Source of the DNA: the human T2T-CHM13v2.0 reference genome, Homo sapiens
DNA length: 64,000 nucleotides
Strand: one strand, 5' to 3'
Assembly (NCBI RefSeq): GCF_009914755.1
Contig: NC_060937.1
Shown piece after piece: positions 45,813 to 60,900 of this stretch (the stretch's first letter is position 1; each line of letters opens with the position of its first letter). Made by a program: the position numbers and the translations under genes. The notes below the pieces were generated by a model, which was not told the DNA's origin, did no database searches, and saw only the letters and a list, made by a program, of their open reading frames with translations.

Positions 45813-48800
45813 GTAGAGTATAAAATATATATTTGGGGTACATTGATATTATATGTACAGTATATAATCTATATTTGATGTACTTTCATATTTTATGTAC
45901 CTAATATATATTTGATGTAATTTCATATTTTATGTACAGTATATAATTTATAGTTTGTGTACTTTGTTATTATATGTACACTATAGAATATATATCTGGT
46001 GTACTTTGATATTTTATGTACAGAATAAAATATATATTTGATGTACTTTCATATTTTATATACAGTATATAATACATGCTTTGGGTACTTTGATATTTTT
46101 TGTGCAGTATAGAATATATACCTTGGGTACTTTGATATTTTATGTACAGTATATAATATATAGTTTGTGAACTTTGATATTTCATGTAGAGTATAAAATA
46201 TATATTTGGGGTACATTGATATTTTATGTACAGTATATAATCTATATTTGATGTACTTTCATATTTTATGTACCTAATATATATTTGATGTAATTTCATA
46301 TTTTATGTACAGTATTAAATTTATAGTTTGTGTACTTTGCTATTTTATGTACACTATAGAATATATATCTGGTGTACCTTGATATTTTATGTACAGAATA
46401 AAATATATATTTGATGTACTTTCATATTTTATGTAGAGTATATAATACATGCTTTGGGTACTTTGATATTTTTTGTACAGTATAGAATACATACCTTGGG
46501 TACTTTGATATTTTATGTACAGTATACAATATATGGTTTGTGAACTTTGATATTTCATGTAGAGTATAAAATATATATTTGGGGTACTTTGATATTTTAT
46601 GTACAGTATATAATCTATATTTGATGTACTTTCATATTTTATGTACCTAATATATATTTGATGTAATTTCATATTTTATGTACAGTATATAATGTATAGT
46701 TTGGGTACTTTGATATTTTATGTACGCTATAGAATATATATCTGGTGTACTTTGATATTTTATGTACAGAATAAAATATATATTTGATGTACTTTCATAT
46801 TTTATGTACAGTATAAAATACATGCTTTGGGTACTTTGATATTTTTTGTACAGTATAGAATATATACCTTGGGTACATTTATATATTATGTACAGTATAT
46901 AATGTATGGTTTGTGAACTTTGATATTTCATGTAGAGTATAAAATATATATTTGGGGTACATTGATATTATATTTACAGTATATAATCTATATTTGATGT
47001 ACTTTCATATTTTATGTACCTAATATATATTTGATGTAATTTCATATTTTATGTACAGCATATAATTTATAGTTTTTGAACTTTGTTATTTTATGTACAC
47101 TATAGAATATATATCTGGTGTACTTTGATATTTTATGTACAGAATAAAATATATATTTGATGTACTTTCATATTTTATGTACAGTATATAATACATGCTT
47201 TGGGTACTTTGATATTTTTTGTACAGTATAGAATACATACCTTGGGTACTTTGATATTTTATGTACAGTATACAATATATGGTTTGTGAGCTTTGATATT
47301 TCATGTAGAGTATATAATATATATTTGGGGTACTTTGATGTTTTATGTACAGTATATAATCTATATTTGATGTACTTTAATATTTTATGTACCTAATATA
47401 AAATATATTTGATGTAATTTCATATTTTATGTACAGTATATAATTTATAGTTTTTGTACTTTGTTATTTTATGTACACCATAGAATATATATCTGGTGTA
47501 CTTTGATATATTATGTATAGAATAAAATATATATTTGATGTATTTTCGTATTTTATATACAGTATATAATACATGCTTTGGGTACTTTGATATTTTTTCT
47601 ACAGTATAGAATATATACCTTGGGGACTTTATTTTATGTACAGTATATAATATATAGTTTGTGAACTTTGATATTTCATGTAGAGTATATAATATATATT
47701 TGGGGTACTTTGATATTTTATGTACAGTGTATAATCTATATTTGATGTACTTTCATATTTTATGTACCTAATATAATATATATTTGATGTAATTTCATAT
47801 TTTATGTACAGTATATAATGTATAGTTTGGGTACTTTGATATTTTATGTACACTATAGAATATATATCTGGTGTACTTTGATATTTTATGTACAGAATAA
47901 AATATATATTTGATGTACTTTCATATTTTAGGTACAGTATATAATACATGCTTTGGGTACTTTGATATTTTTTGTACAGTATAGAATGTATACCTTGGGT
48001 ACTTTGATATTTTATGTACAGTATATAATATATAGTTTGTGAACTTTGATATTTCATGTACAGTATAAAATATATATTTGGGGTACTTTGGTATTTAATG
48101 TACAGTATATAATCTATATTTGATGTACTTTCATATTTTATGTACCTAATATAATATATATTTGATGTAATTTCTTATTTTATGTACAGTATATAATGTA
48201 TAGTTTGGGTACTTTGATATTTTATGTACACTATAGAATATATATCTGGTGTACTTTGATATTTTATGTACAGAATAAAATATATATTTGATGTAATTTC
48301 ATATTTTATATACAGTATATAATACATGCTTTGGGTACTTTGATATTTTTTGTACATTATAGAATATATACCTTGGGTACTTTGATATTTTATGTACAGT
48401 ATATAATATATAGTTTGTGAACTTTGATATTTCATGTAGAGTATATAATATATATTTGGGGTACTTTGATATTTTATGTACAGTATATAATCTATATTTG
48501 ATGTACTTTCATATTTTATGTACCTAATATAATATATATTTGATGTAATTTCATATTTTATGTACAGTATATAATGTATAGTTTGGGTACTTTGATATTT
48601 TATGTACACTATAGAATATATATCTGGCGTACTTTGATATTTTATGTACGGAATAAAATATATATTTGATGTACTTTCATATTTTATGTACTGTATATAA
48701 TACATGCTTTGGGTACTTTGATATTTTTTTTACAGTATAGAATATATACCTTGGGTACTTTGATATTATATGTACAGTATATAATATATAGTTTGTGAAC

Positions 48801-48959
48801 TTTGATATTTCATGTACAGTATAAAATATATATTTGGGGTACTTTGGTATTTAATGTACAGTATATAATCTATATTTGATATACTTTCATATTTTATGTA
48901 CCTAATATAATATATATTTGATGTAATTTCATATTTTATGTACAGTATATAATGTATAG

Positions 48960-48986
48960 TTTGGGTACTTTGATAAAGTACCCAAA
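48960..48986. other. Inversion breakpoint forming a perfect inverted repeat (12-bp stem, 3-nt loop)
   Basis: TTTGGGTACTTT-GAT-AAAGTACCCAAA. The left monomer reads normally to ...TTTGATA (48975) and the right monomer starts AAAGTACCCAAAGCATG (48975). One shared A, no inserted sequence. Confidence 0.95.
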
Positions 48987-51900
48987 GCATGTATTATATA
49001 CTGTACCTAAAATATGAAAGTACATCAAATATATATTTTATTCTGTACATAAAATATCAAAGTACCCAAGGTATGTATTCTATACTGTACAAAAAATATC
49101 AAATTACCCAAAGCATGTTTTATATACTGTACATAAAATATGAAAGTACATCAAATATATATTTTATTCTGTACATAAAATATCAAAGTACACCAGATAT
49201 ATATTCTATAGTGTACATAAAATATCAAATACCCAAACTATACATTATATACTGTACATAAAATATGAAATTACATCAAATATATATTATATTAGGTACA
49301 TAAAATATGAAAGTACATGAAATATAGATTATATAGTGTACATAAAATATCAAAATAACCCAAATATATATTATATACTCTACATGAAATATCAAAGTTC
49401 ACAAACTATATATTATATACTGTACATAAAATATCAAACTACCCAAGGTATACATTCTATACTGCACAAAAAATATCAAAGTACCCAAAGCAAGTATTAT
49501 ATACTGTATCTAAAATATGAAAGTACATCAAATATATATTTTATTCTGTACATAAAATATTAAAGTACACCAGATATATATTCTATAATGTACATAAAAT
49601 ATCAAAGTACCCAAACTATACATTATATACTGTACATAAAATATGAAATTACATTAAATATATATTAGGTACATAAAATATGAAAGTACATCAAATATAG
49701 ATTATATACTGTACATAAAATATCAAAGTACCCCAAATATATATTATATACTGTACATGAAATATCAAAGTTCACAAACTATATATTATATACTGTATAT
49801 AAAATATCAAAGTACCCAAGGTATATATTCTATACTGTACAAAAAATATCAAAGTACCCAAAGCATGTATTATATACTGTACATAAAGTATGAAAGTACA
49901 TCAAATATATATTTTATTCTGTACATAAAATATCAAGGTACACCAGATATATATTCTATAGTGTACATAAAATATCAAAGTACCCAAACTATAAATTATA
50001 TACTGTACATAAAATATGAAATTACATCAAATATATTTTATATTAGGTACATAAAATATGAAAGTACATCAAATATATATTTTATTCTGTACATAAAATA
50101 TCAAAGTACACCAGATATATATTCTATAGTGTACATAAAATATCAAAGTACCCAAACTATACATTATATACTGTATATAAAATATGAAATTACATCAAAG
50201 ATATATTAGGTACATAAAATATGAAAGTACATCAAATATAGATTATATACTGTACATAAAATATCAAAGAACCCCAAATATATATTATATACTCTACATG
50301 AAATATCAAAGTTCACAAACCATATATTATATACTGTACATAAAATATCAAAGTACCCAAGGTATATATTCTATACTGTACAAAAGATATCAAAGTACCC
50401 AAAGCATGTATTATATACTGTACATAAAATATGAAAGTACATCAAATATATATTTTATTCTGTACATAAAATATCAAAGTACACCGGATATATATTCTAT
50501 AGTGTACATAAAATATCAAAGTACGCAAACTATTTATTATATACTGTACATAAAATATGAAATTTCATCAAATATATATTATATTAGGTACATAAAATAT
50601 GAAAGTACATCAAATATAGATTATATGCTGTACATTAAATACCAAAGTACCCCAAATATATATTTTATACTGTACATGAAATATCAAAGTTCACAAACTA
50701 TATATTATATACTATACATAAAATATCAAAGTACCCAAGGTATATATTCTATACTGTACAAAAAATATCAAAGTACCCAAAGCATGTATTATATACTGTA
50801 CATAAAATATGAAATACATCAAATATATATTTTATTCTGTACATAAAATATCAAAGTACACAGGATATATATTCTATAGTGTACATAAAATAACAAAGTA
50901 CACAAACTATACATTATATACTGTACATAAAATATGAAATTACATCAAATATATATTAGGTACATAAAATATGAAAGTACATCAAATATAGATTATATAC
51001 TGTACATAAAATATCAAAGTACCCCAAATATATATTATATACTCTACATGAAATATCAAAGTTCACAAACCATATATTATATACTGTACATAAAATAAAG
51101 TACCCAAGATATATATTCTATACTGTACAAAAAATATCAAAGTACCCAAAGCATGTTTTTTATACTGTATATAAAATATGAAAGTACATCAAATATATAT
51201 TTTATTCTGTACATAAAATATCAAAGTACACCAGATATATATTCTATAGTGTACATAAAATATCAAAGTACCCAAACTATACATTATATACTGTACATAA
51301 AATATGAAATTACATCAAATATATATTAGGTACATAAAATATGAAAGTACATCAAATATAGATTATATACTGTACATAAAATATCAATGTACCCCAAATA
51401 TATATTTTATACTCTACATGAAATATCAAAGTTCACAAACCATATATTATATAATGTACATAAAATATCAAAGTACCCAAGGTATATATTCTATACTGCA
51501 CAAAAAATATCAAAGTACCCAAAGCATGTATTATATACTGTACATAAAATATGAAAGTACATCAAATATATATTTAATTCTGTACTTAATATATCAAAGT
51601 ACACCAGATATATATTCTATAGTGTACATAAAATAACGAAGTACACAAACTATAAATTATATACTGTACATAAAATATGAAATTACATCAAATATATATT
51701 ATGTACATAAAATATGAAAGTACATCAAATATAGATTATATACTGTACATAAAATATCAATGTACCCCAAATATATATTTTATACTATACATGAAATATC
51801 AAAGTTCACAAACCATATTTTGTATACTGTACATAATATATCGAAGTACACAAGATATATATTTTATAATCTACAAAAAATATCAAAGTACCCAAAGCAT

Positions 51901-54900
51901 GTATTATATACTGTATATAAAATATGAAAGTACATCAAATATATATTTTATTCTGTACATAAAATATCAAAGTACACCAGATATATATTCTATAGTGTAC
52001 ATAAAATATCAAAGTACCCAAACTATACATTATATTCTGTACATAAAATATGAAATTACATCAAATATATATTAGGTACATAAAATATGAAAGTACATCA
52101 AATATAGATTATATACTGTACATAAAATATCAAAGTACCCCAAATATATATTATATACTCTACATGAAATATCAAAGTTCACAAACTATATATTATATAC
52201 TGTACATAAAATATGAAATTACATCAAATATATATTATATTAGGTACATAAAATATGAAAGTACATCAAATATAGATTATATACTGTACATAAAATATCA
52301 AAGTACCCCAAATATATATTATATACTCTACATGAAATATCAAAGTTCACAAGCTATATATTATATACTGTACATAAAACATCAAAGTACCCAAGGTATA
52401 TATTCTATACTGCACAAAAAATATCAAAGTACCCAAAGCATGTATTATATACTGTATATAAAATGTGAAAGTACATCAAATATATATTTTATTCTGTACA
52501 TAAAATATCAAAGTACACCAGATATATATTCTATAGTGTACATAAAATATCAAAGTACCCAAACTATACATTATATACTGTACATAAAATATGAAATTAC
52601 ATCAAATATATATTATATTAGGTAAATAAAATATGAAAGTACATCAAATATAGATTATATACTGTACATAAAATATCAAATTACCCCAAATATATATTAT
52701 ATACTCTACATGAAATATCGAAGTTCACAAACTATATATTATATACTGTACATAAAATATCAAAGTACCCAAGGTATATATTCTATACTGCACAAAAAAT
52801 TTCAAAGTACCCAAATCATGTATTATATACTGTATATAAAATATGAAAGTACATCAAATACATATTTTATTCTGTACATAATTTATCAAAATACACCAGA
52901 TATATATTCTATAGTGTACATAAAATAACAAAGTACACAGACTATAAATTATATACTGTACATAAAATATGAAATTACATCAAATATATATTAGGTACAT
53001 AAAATATGAAAGTACATCAAATATAGATTATATACTGTACATAAAATATCAATGTACCCCAAATATATATTTTATACTATAAATGAAATATCAAAGTTCA
53101 CAAACCATATATTGTATACTGTACATAAAATATCAAAGTACCCAAGGTATATATTCTATACTGTACAAAAAATATCAAAGTACCCAAAGCATGTATTATA
53201 TACTGTACATAAAATATGAAAGTACATCAAATATATATTTTATTCTGTACATAATATATCAAAGTACACCAGATATATATTCTATAGTGTACATAAAATA
53301 TCAAAGTACCCAAACTATACATTATATACTGTACATAAAATATGAAATTACATGAAATATATATTATATTAGGTACATAAAATATGAAAGTACATCAAAT
53401 ATAGATTATATACTGTACATTAAATACGAAAGTACCCCAAATATATATTTTATACTGTACATGAAATATCAAAGTTCACACACTATATATTATATACTGT
53501 ACATAAAATATCAAAGTACCCAAGGTATATAATCTATACTGTACAAAAAATATCAAAGTACCCAAAGCATGTATTATATACTGTACATAAAATAGGAAAG
53601 TACATCAAATATATATTTTATTCTGTACATAAAATATCAAAGTACACCAGATATATATTCTATAGAGTACATAAAATATCAAAGTACCCAAACTATACAT
53701 TATATACTGTACATAAAATATGAAATTACATCAAATATATATTATATTAGGTACATAAAATATGAAAGTACATCAAATATAGATTATATACTGTACATTA
53801 AATACGAAAGTACCCCAAATATATATTTTATACTGTACATGAAATATCAAAGTTCACACACTATATATTATATACTGTACATAAAATATCAAAGTACCCA
53901 AGGTATATATTCTATACTGTACAAAAAATATCAAAGTACCCAAAGCATGTATTACAAACTGTACATAAAATATGAAAGTACATCAAATATATATTTTATT
54001 CTGTACATAAAATATCAAAGTACACCAGATATATATTCTATAGTGTACATAAAATATCAAAGTACCCAAACTATACATTATATACTGTACATAAAATATG
54101 AAATTACATCAAATATATATTATATTAGGTCCATAAAATATGAAAGTACATCAAATATAGATTATATACTGTACATAATATATCAAAGTACCCCAAATAT
54201 ATATTATATACTCTACATGAAATATCAAAGTTCACAAACCATATATTATATACTGTACATAAAATATCAAATACCCAAAGTATATATTCTATACTGCACA
54301 AAAAAATCAAAGTACCCAAAGCATGTATTATATACTGTATATAAAATATGAAAGTACATCAAATATATATTTTATTCTGTACATAAAATATCAAAGTACA
54401 CCAGATATATATTCTATAGTGTACATAAAATAACAAAGTACAAAAACTCTGAATTATATACTGTACATAAAATATGAAATTACATCAAATATATATTAGG
54501 TACGTAAAATATGAAAGTACATCAAATATAGATTATATACTGTACATAAAATATCAATGTACCCCAAATATATATTTTATACTCTACATGAAATATCAAA
54601 CTTCACAAACCATATATTATATACTGTACATAAAATATTAAAGTACCCAAGGTATATATTCTATACTATACAAAAAATATCAAAGTACCCAAAGCATGTA
54701 TTATATACTGTACATAAAATATAAAAGTACATTAAATATATATTTTATTCTGTACATAAAATATCAAAGTACACCAGATATATATTCTATAGTATACATA
54801 AAATATAAAAGTACCCACACTATACATTATATACTGTACATAAAATATGAAATTACATCAAATATATTTTATATTAGGTACATAAAATATGAAAGTACAT

Positions 54901-57900
54901 CAAATATAGATTATATACTGTACATTAAATACCAAAGTACCCCAAATATATATTTTATACTGTACATGAAATATCAAAGTTCACAAACTATATATTATAT
55001 ACTGTACATATAATATCAAAGTACCCAAGGTATATATTCTATACTGTACAAAAAATAACAAAGTACCAAAAGCATGTATTATATACTGTACCTAAAATAT
55101 GAAAGTACATCAAATATATATTTTATTCTGTACATAAAATATCAAAGTATACCAGATATATATTCTATAGTGTACATAAAATAACAAAGTACACAAACTA
55201 TAAATTATATACTGTACATAAAATATGAAATTACATCAAATATATATTAGGTACATAAAATATGAAAGTACATCAAATATAGATTATATACTGTACATAA
55301 AATATCAAAGTACCCCAAATATATATTATATACTCTACATGAAATATCAAAGTTCACAAACTATATATTATATACTGTACATAAAATATCAAATACCCAA
55401 GGTATATATTCTATACTGCACAAAAAAATCAAAGTACCCAAAGCATGTATTATATACTGTATATAAAATATGAAAGTACATCAAATATATATTTTATTCT
55501 CTACATAATATATCAAAGTACACCAGATATATATTCTATAGTGTACATAAAATAACAACGTACACAAACTATAAATTATATACTGTACATAAAATATGAA
55601 ATTACATCAAATATATATTAGGTACATAAAATATGAAAGTACATCAAATATAGATTATATACTGTACATAAAATATCAATGTACCCCAAATATATATTTT
55701 ATACTCTACATGAAATATCAAACTTCACAAACCATATATTATATACTGTACATAAAATATTAAAGTACCCAAGGTATATATTCTATACTATACAAAAAAT
55801 ATCAAAGTACCCAAAGCATGTATTATATACTGTACATAAAATATGAAAGTACATTAAATATATATTTTATTCTGTACATAAAATATCAAAGTACACCAGA
55901 TATATATTCTATAGTGTACATAAAATATCAAAGTACCCACACTATACATTATATACTGTACATATAATATGAAATTACATCAATTATATTTTATATTAGG
56001 TACATAAAATATGAAAGTACATCAAATATGGATTATATACTGTACATTAAATACCAAAGTACCCCAAATATATATTTTATACTGTACATGAAATATCAAA
56101 GTTCACAAACTATATATTATATACTGTACATATAATATCAAAGTACCCAAGGTATATATTCTATACTGTACAAAAAATAACAAAGTACCAAAAGCATGTA
56201 TTATATACTGTACCTAAAATATGAAAGTACATCAAATATATATTTTATTCTGTACATAAAATATCAAAGTACACCAGATATATATTCTATAGTGTACATA
56301 AAATAACAAAGTACACAAACTATAAATTATATACTGTACATAAAATATCAAATTACATCAAATATATATTAGGTACATAAAATATGAAAGTACATCAAAT
56401 ATAGATTATATACTGTACATAAAATATCAAAGTACCCCAAATATATATTATATACTCTACATGAAATATCAAAGTTCACAAACTATATATTATATACTGT
56501 ACATAAAATATCTAAGTACCCAAGGTATAAATTCTATACTGCACAAAAAATTTCAAAGTACCCAAATCATGTATTATATACTGTATATAAAATATGAAAG
56601 TACATCAAATATATATTTTATTCTGTACATAAAATATCAAAGTACACCAGATATATATTCTATAGTGTATATAAAATAACAAAGTACACAAACTATAAAT
56701 TATATACTGTACATAAAATATGAAATTACATCAAATATATATTAGGTACATAAAATATGAATGTACATCAAATATAGATTATATGCTGTATATAAAATAT
56801 CAATGTACCCCAAATATATATTTTATCCTCTACATGAAATATCAAAGTTCACAAGCCATATATTATATACTGTACATAAAATATCAAGGTACCCAAGGTA
56901 TATATTCTATACTGTACAAAAAATATCAAAGTACCCAAAGCATGTATAATATACTGTACATAAAATATGAAAGTACATCAAATATATATTTTATTCTCTA
57001 CATAAAATATCAATGTACACCAGATATATATTCTATAGTGTACATAAAATATCAAAGTACCCAAACTATACATTATATACTGTACATAAAATATGAAATT
57101 ACATCAAATATAATTTATATTAGGTACATAAAATATGAAAGTACATCAAATATAGATTATATACTGTACATTAAATACCAAAGTACCCCAAATATATATT
57201 TTATACTGTACATGAAATATCAAAGTTCACAAACTATATATTATATACTGTACATAAAATATCAAAGTACCCAAGGTATATATTCTATACTGTACAAAAA
57301 ATATCAAAGTACCCAAAGCATGTATTATATACTGTACATAAAATATGAAATACATCAAATATATATTTTATTCTGTACATAAAATATCAAAGTACACCAG
57401 ATATATATTCTATAGTGTACATAAAATAACAAAGTACACAAACTATACATTATATACTGTACATAAAATATGAAATTACATCAAATATATATTAGGTACA
57501 TAAAATATGAAAGTACATCAAATATAGATTATATACTGTACATAAAATATCAAAGTACCCCAAATATATATTATATACTCTACATGAAATATCAAAGTTC
57601 ACAAACTATAAATTATATACTGTACATAAAATATCAAAGTACCGAAGGAATATATTCTATACTGTACAAAAAATATCAAAGTACCCAAAGCATGTATTAT
57701 ATACTGTATATAAAATATGAAAGTACATCAAATATATATTTTATTCTGTACATAAAATATCAAAGTACACCAGATATATATTCTATAGTGTACATAAAAT
57801 AACAGAGTACACAAACTACAAATTATATACTGTACATAAAATATGAAATTACATGAAATATATATTAGGTACATAAAATATGAAAGTACATCAAATATAG

Positions 57901-60900
57901 ATTATATACTGTACATTAAATACCAAAGTACCCCAAATATATATTTTATCCTGTACATGAAATATCAAAGTTCACAAACCATATATTATATACTGTACAT
58001 AAAATATCAAAGTACCCAAGGTATATATTCTATACTGTACAAAAAATATCAAAGTACCCAAAGCATGTTTTATATACTGTACATAAAATGTGAAAGTACA
58101 TCAAATATATATTTTATTCTGTACATAAAATATCAAAGTACAACAGATATATATTCTATAGTGTACATAAAATATCAAAGTACCCAAACTATACATTATA
58201 TACTATACATAAAATATGAAATTACATCAAATATATATTATATTAGGTACATAAAATATGAAAGTACATCAAATATAGATTATATACTGTACACTAAATA
58301 CCAAAGTAACCCAAATATATATTTTATACTGTACATGAAATATCAAAGTTCACAAACTATATATTATATACTGTACATAAAATATCAAAGTACCCAACGT
58401 ATATATTCTATACTGTACAAAAATATCAAAGTACCCAAAGCATGTATTATATACTGTACCTAAAATATGAAAGTACATCAAATATATATTTTATTCTGTA
58501 CATAAAATATCAAAGTACACCTGATATATATTCTATAGTGTACATAAAATATCAAAGTACCCTAATTATACATTATATACTGTACATAAAATACGAAATT
58601 ACACAAATATATATTATATTAGGTACATAAACTATGAAAGTATATCAAATATAGATTATATACTGTACATAAAATATCAAAGTACCCAAAATATATATTA
58701 TATACTCTACATGAAATATCAAAGTTCACAAACCATATATTATATACTGTACATAAAATAAAGTACCCAAGGTATATATTCTATACTGTAGAAAAAATAT
58801 CAAAGTACCCAATCATGTATTATATACTGTATATAAAATATGAAAATACATCAAATATATATTTTATTCTGTATATAAAATATCAAAGTACACCAGATAT
58901 ATATTCTATAGTGTACATAAAATAACAAAGTACAAAAACTATAAATTATATACTGTACATAAAATATGAAATTACTTCAAATATATATTAGGTACATAAA
59001 ATATGAAAGTACATCAAATATAGATTATATACTGTACATAAAATATCAATGTACCCCAAATATATATTTTATACTCTACATGAAATATCAAAGATCACAA
59101 ACCATATATTATATACTGTATATAAAATATCAAAGTACCCAAGGTATATATTCTATACTATACAAAAAATATCAAAGTACCCAAAGCATGTATTATATAC
59201 TGTACATAAAATATGAAAGTACATCAAATATATATTTTATTCTGTACATAAAATATCAAAGTACACCAGATATATATTCTATATTGTACATAAAATATCA
59301 AAGTACCCAAACTATACATTATATACTGTACATAAAATATGAAATTACATCAAATATATTTTATATTAGGTACATAAAATATGAAAGTACATCAAATATA
59401 GATAATATACTGTACATTAAATACCAAAATACCCCAAATATATATTTTATACTGTACATGAAATATCAAAGTTCACAAACTATGTATTATATACTGTACA
59501 TATAATATCAAAGTACCCAAGGTATATATTTTATACTTTACAAAAAATATCAAAGTACCAAAAGCATGTATTACATACTGTACATAAAATATGAAAGTAC
59601 ATCAAATATATATTTTATTCTGTACATAAGATATCAAAGTACACCAGATATATATTCTATAGTGTACATAAAATATCAAAGTACCCAAACTATACATTAT
59701 ATACTGTACATAAAATATGAAATTACATCAAATATATATTATATTAGGTACATAAAATATGAAAGTACATCAAATATAGATTATATACTGTACATTAAAT
59801 ACCAAAGTACCCCAAATATATATTTTATACTGTACATGTAATATCAAAGTTCACACACTATATATTATATACTGTACATAAAATATCAAAGTACCCAAGG
59901 TATATATTCTATACTGTACAAAAAATATCAAAGTACCCAAAGCATGTATTATACACTGTACCTAAAATATGAAAGTACATCAAATATATATTTTATTCTG
60001 CACATAAAATATCAAAGTACACCAGATATATATTCTATAGTGTACATAAAATGTCAAAGTACCCAAACTATACATTATATACTGTAAATAAAATATGAAA
60101 TTACATCAAATATATATTATATTAGGTACATAAAATATGAAATTACATCAAATATAGATTATACACTGTACATAAAATATCAAAATACCCCAAACTATTC
60201 ATTATATACTGTACATAAAATATGAAATTACATCAAATATATATTATATTAGGTACATAAAATATGAAAGTACATCAAATATAGATTATACACTGTACAT
60301 AAAATATCAAAGTACCCCAAATATATATTATATACTCTACATGAAATATCAAAGTTCACAAACTATATATTATATACTGTACATAAAATAAAGTCCCCAA
60401 GGTATATATTCTATACTGTAGAAAAAATATCAAAGTACCCAAAGCATGTATTATATACTGTATATAAAATATGAAAGTACATAAATATATATATTTTATT
60501 CTGTACATAAAATATCAAAGTACACCAGATATATATTCTATAGTGTACATAAAATAACAAAGTTCAAAAACTATAAATTATATACTGTACATAAAATATA
60601 AAATTACATCAAATATATATTAGGTACATAAAATATGAAAGTACATCTAATATAGATTATATACTGTACATAAAATATCAATGTACCCCAAATATATATT
60701 TTATACTCTACATGAAATATCAAAGTTCACAAACCATATATTATATACTGTACATAAAATATCAAAGTACCAAGGTATATATCCTATACTATACAAAAAA
60801 TATCAAAGTACCCAAAGCATGTATTATATACTGTACCTAAAATATGAAAGTACATCAAATATATATTTTATTCTGTACATAAAATATCAAAGTACACCAG

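Larger units (their letters stand above)
1..48974 (-). repeat. HSat1A (SAR, classical satellite I) array, A-rich strand on minus
   Basis: Continuous 42-bp monomers such as GTACAGTATATAATACATGCTTTGG|GTACTTTGATATTTTAT (25+17 bp between GTAC sites). Nine recurring monomer types. The + strand is T-rich here. Strand label refers to the A-rich strand. The family call comes from known HSat1A architecture, not a database search. Confidence 0.93.
19671..48974 (-). repeat. 378/373-bp HOR domain
   Basis: Canonical 9-mer interleaved with a 5-bp-deleted form (CCTAATATATATTTG vs CCTAATATAATATATATTTG). Markers CATGTAGAGTA and CACTATAGAA. Confidence 0.88.

Noticed and set aside
48960-48986. Rho-independent terminator or transposon terminal inverted repeat
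   Set aside because: The stem is made of two ordinary satellite monomers meeting at the inversion. There is no U-tract, target-site duplication or element body.
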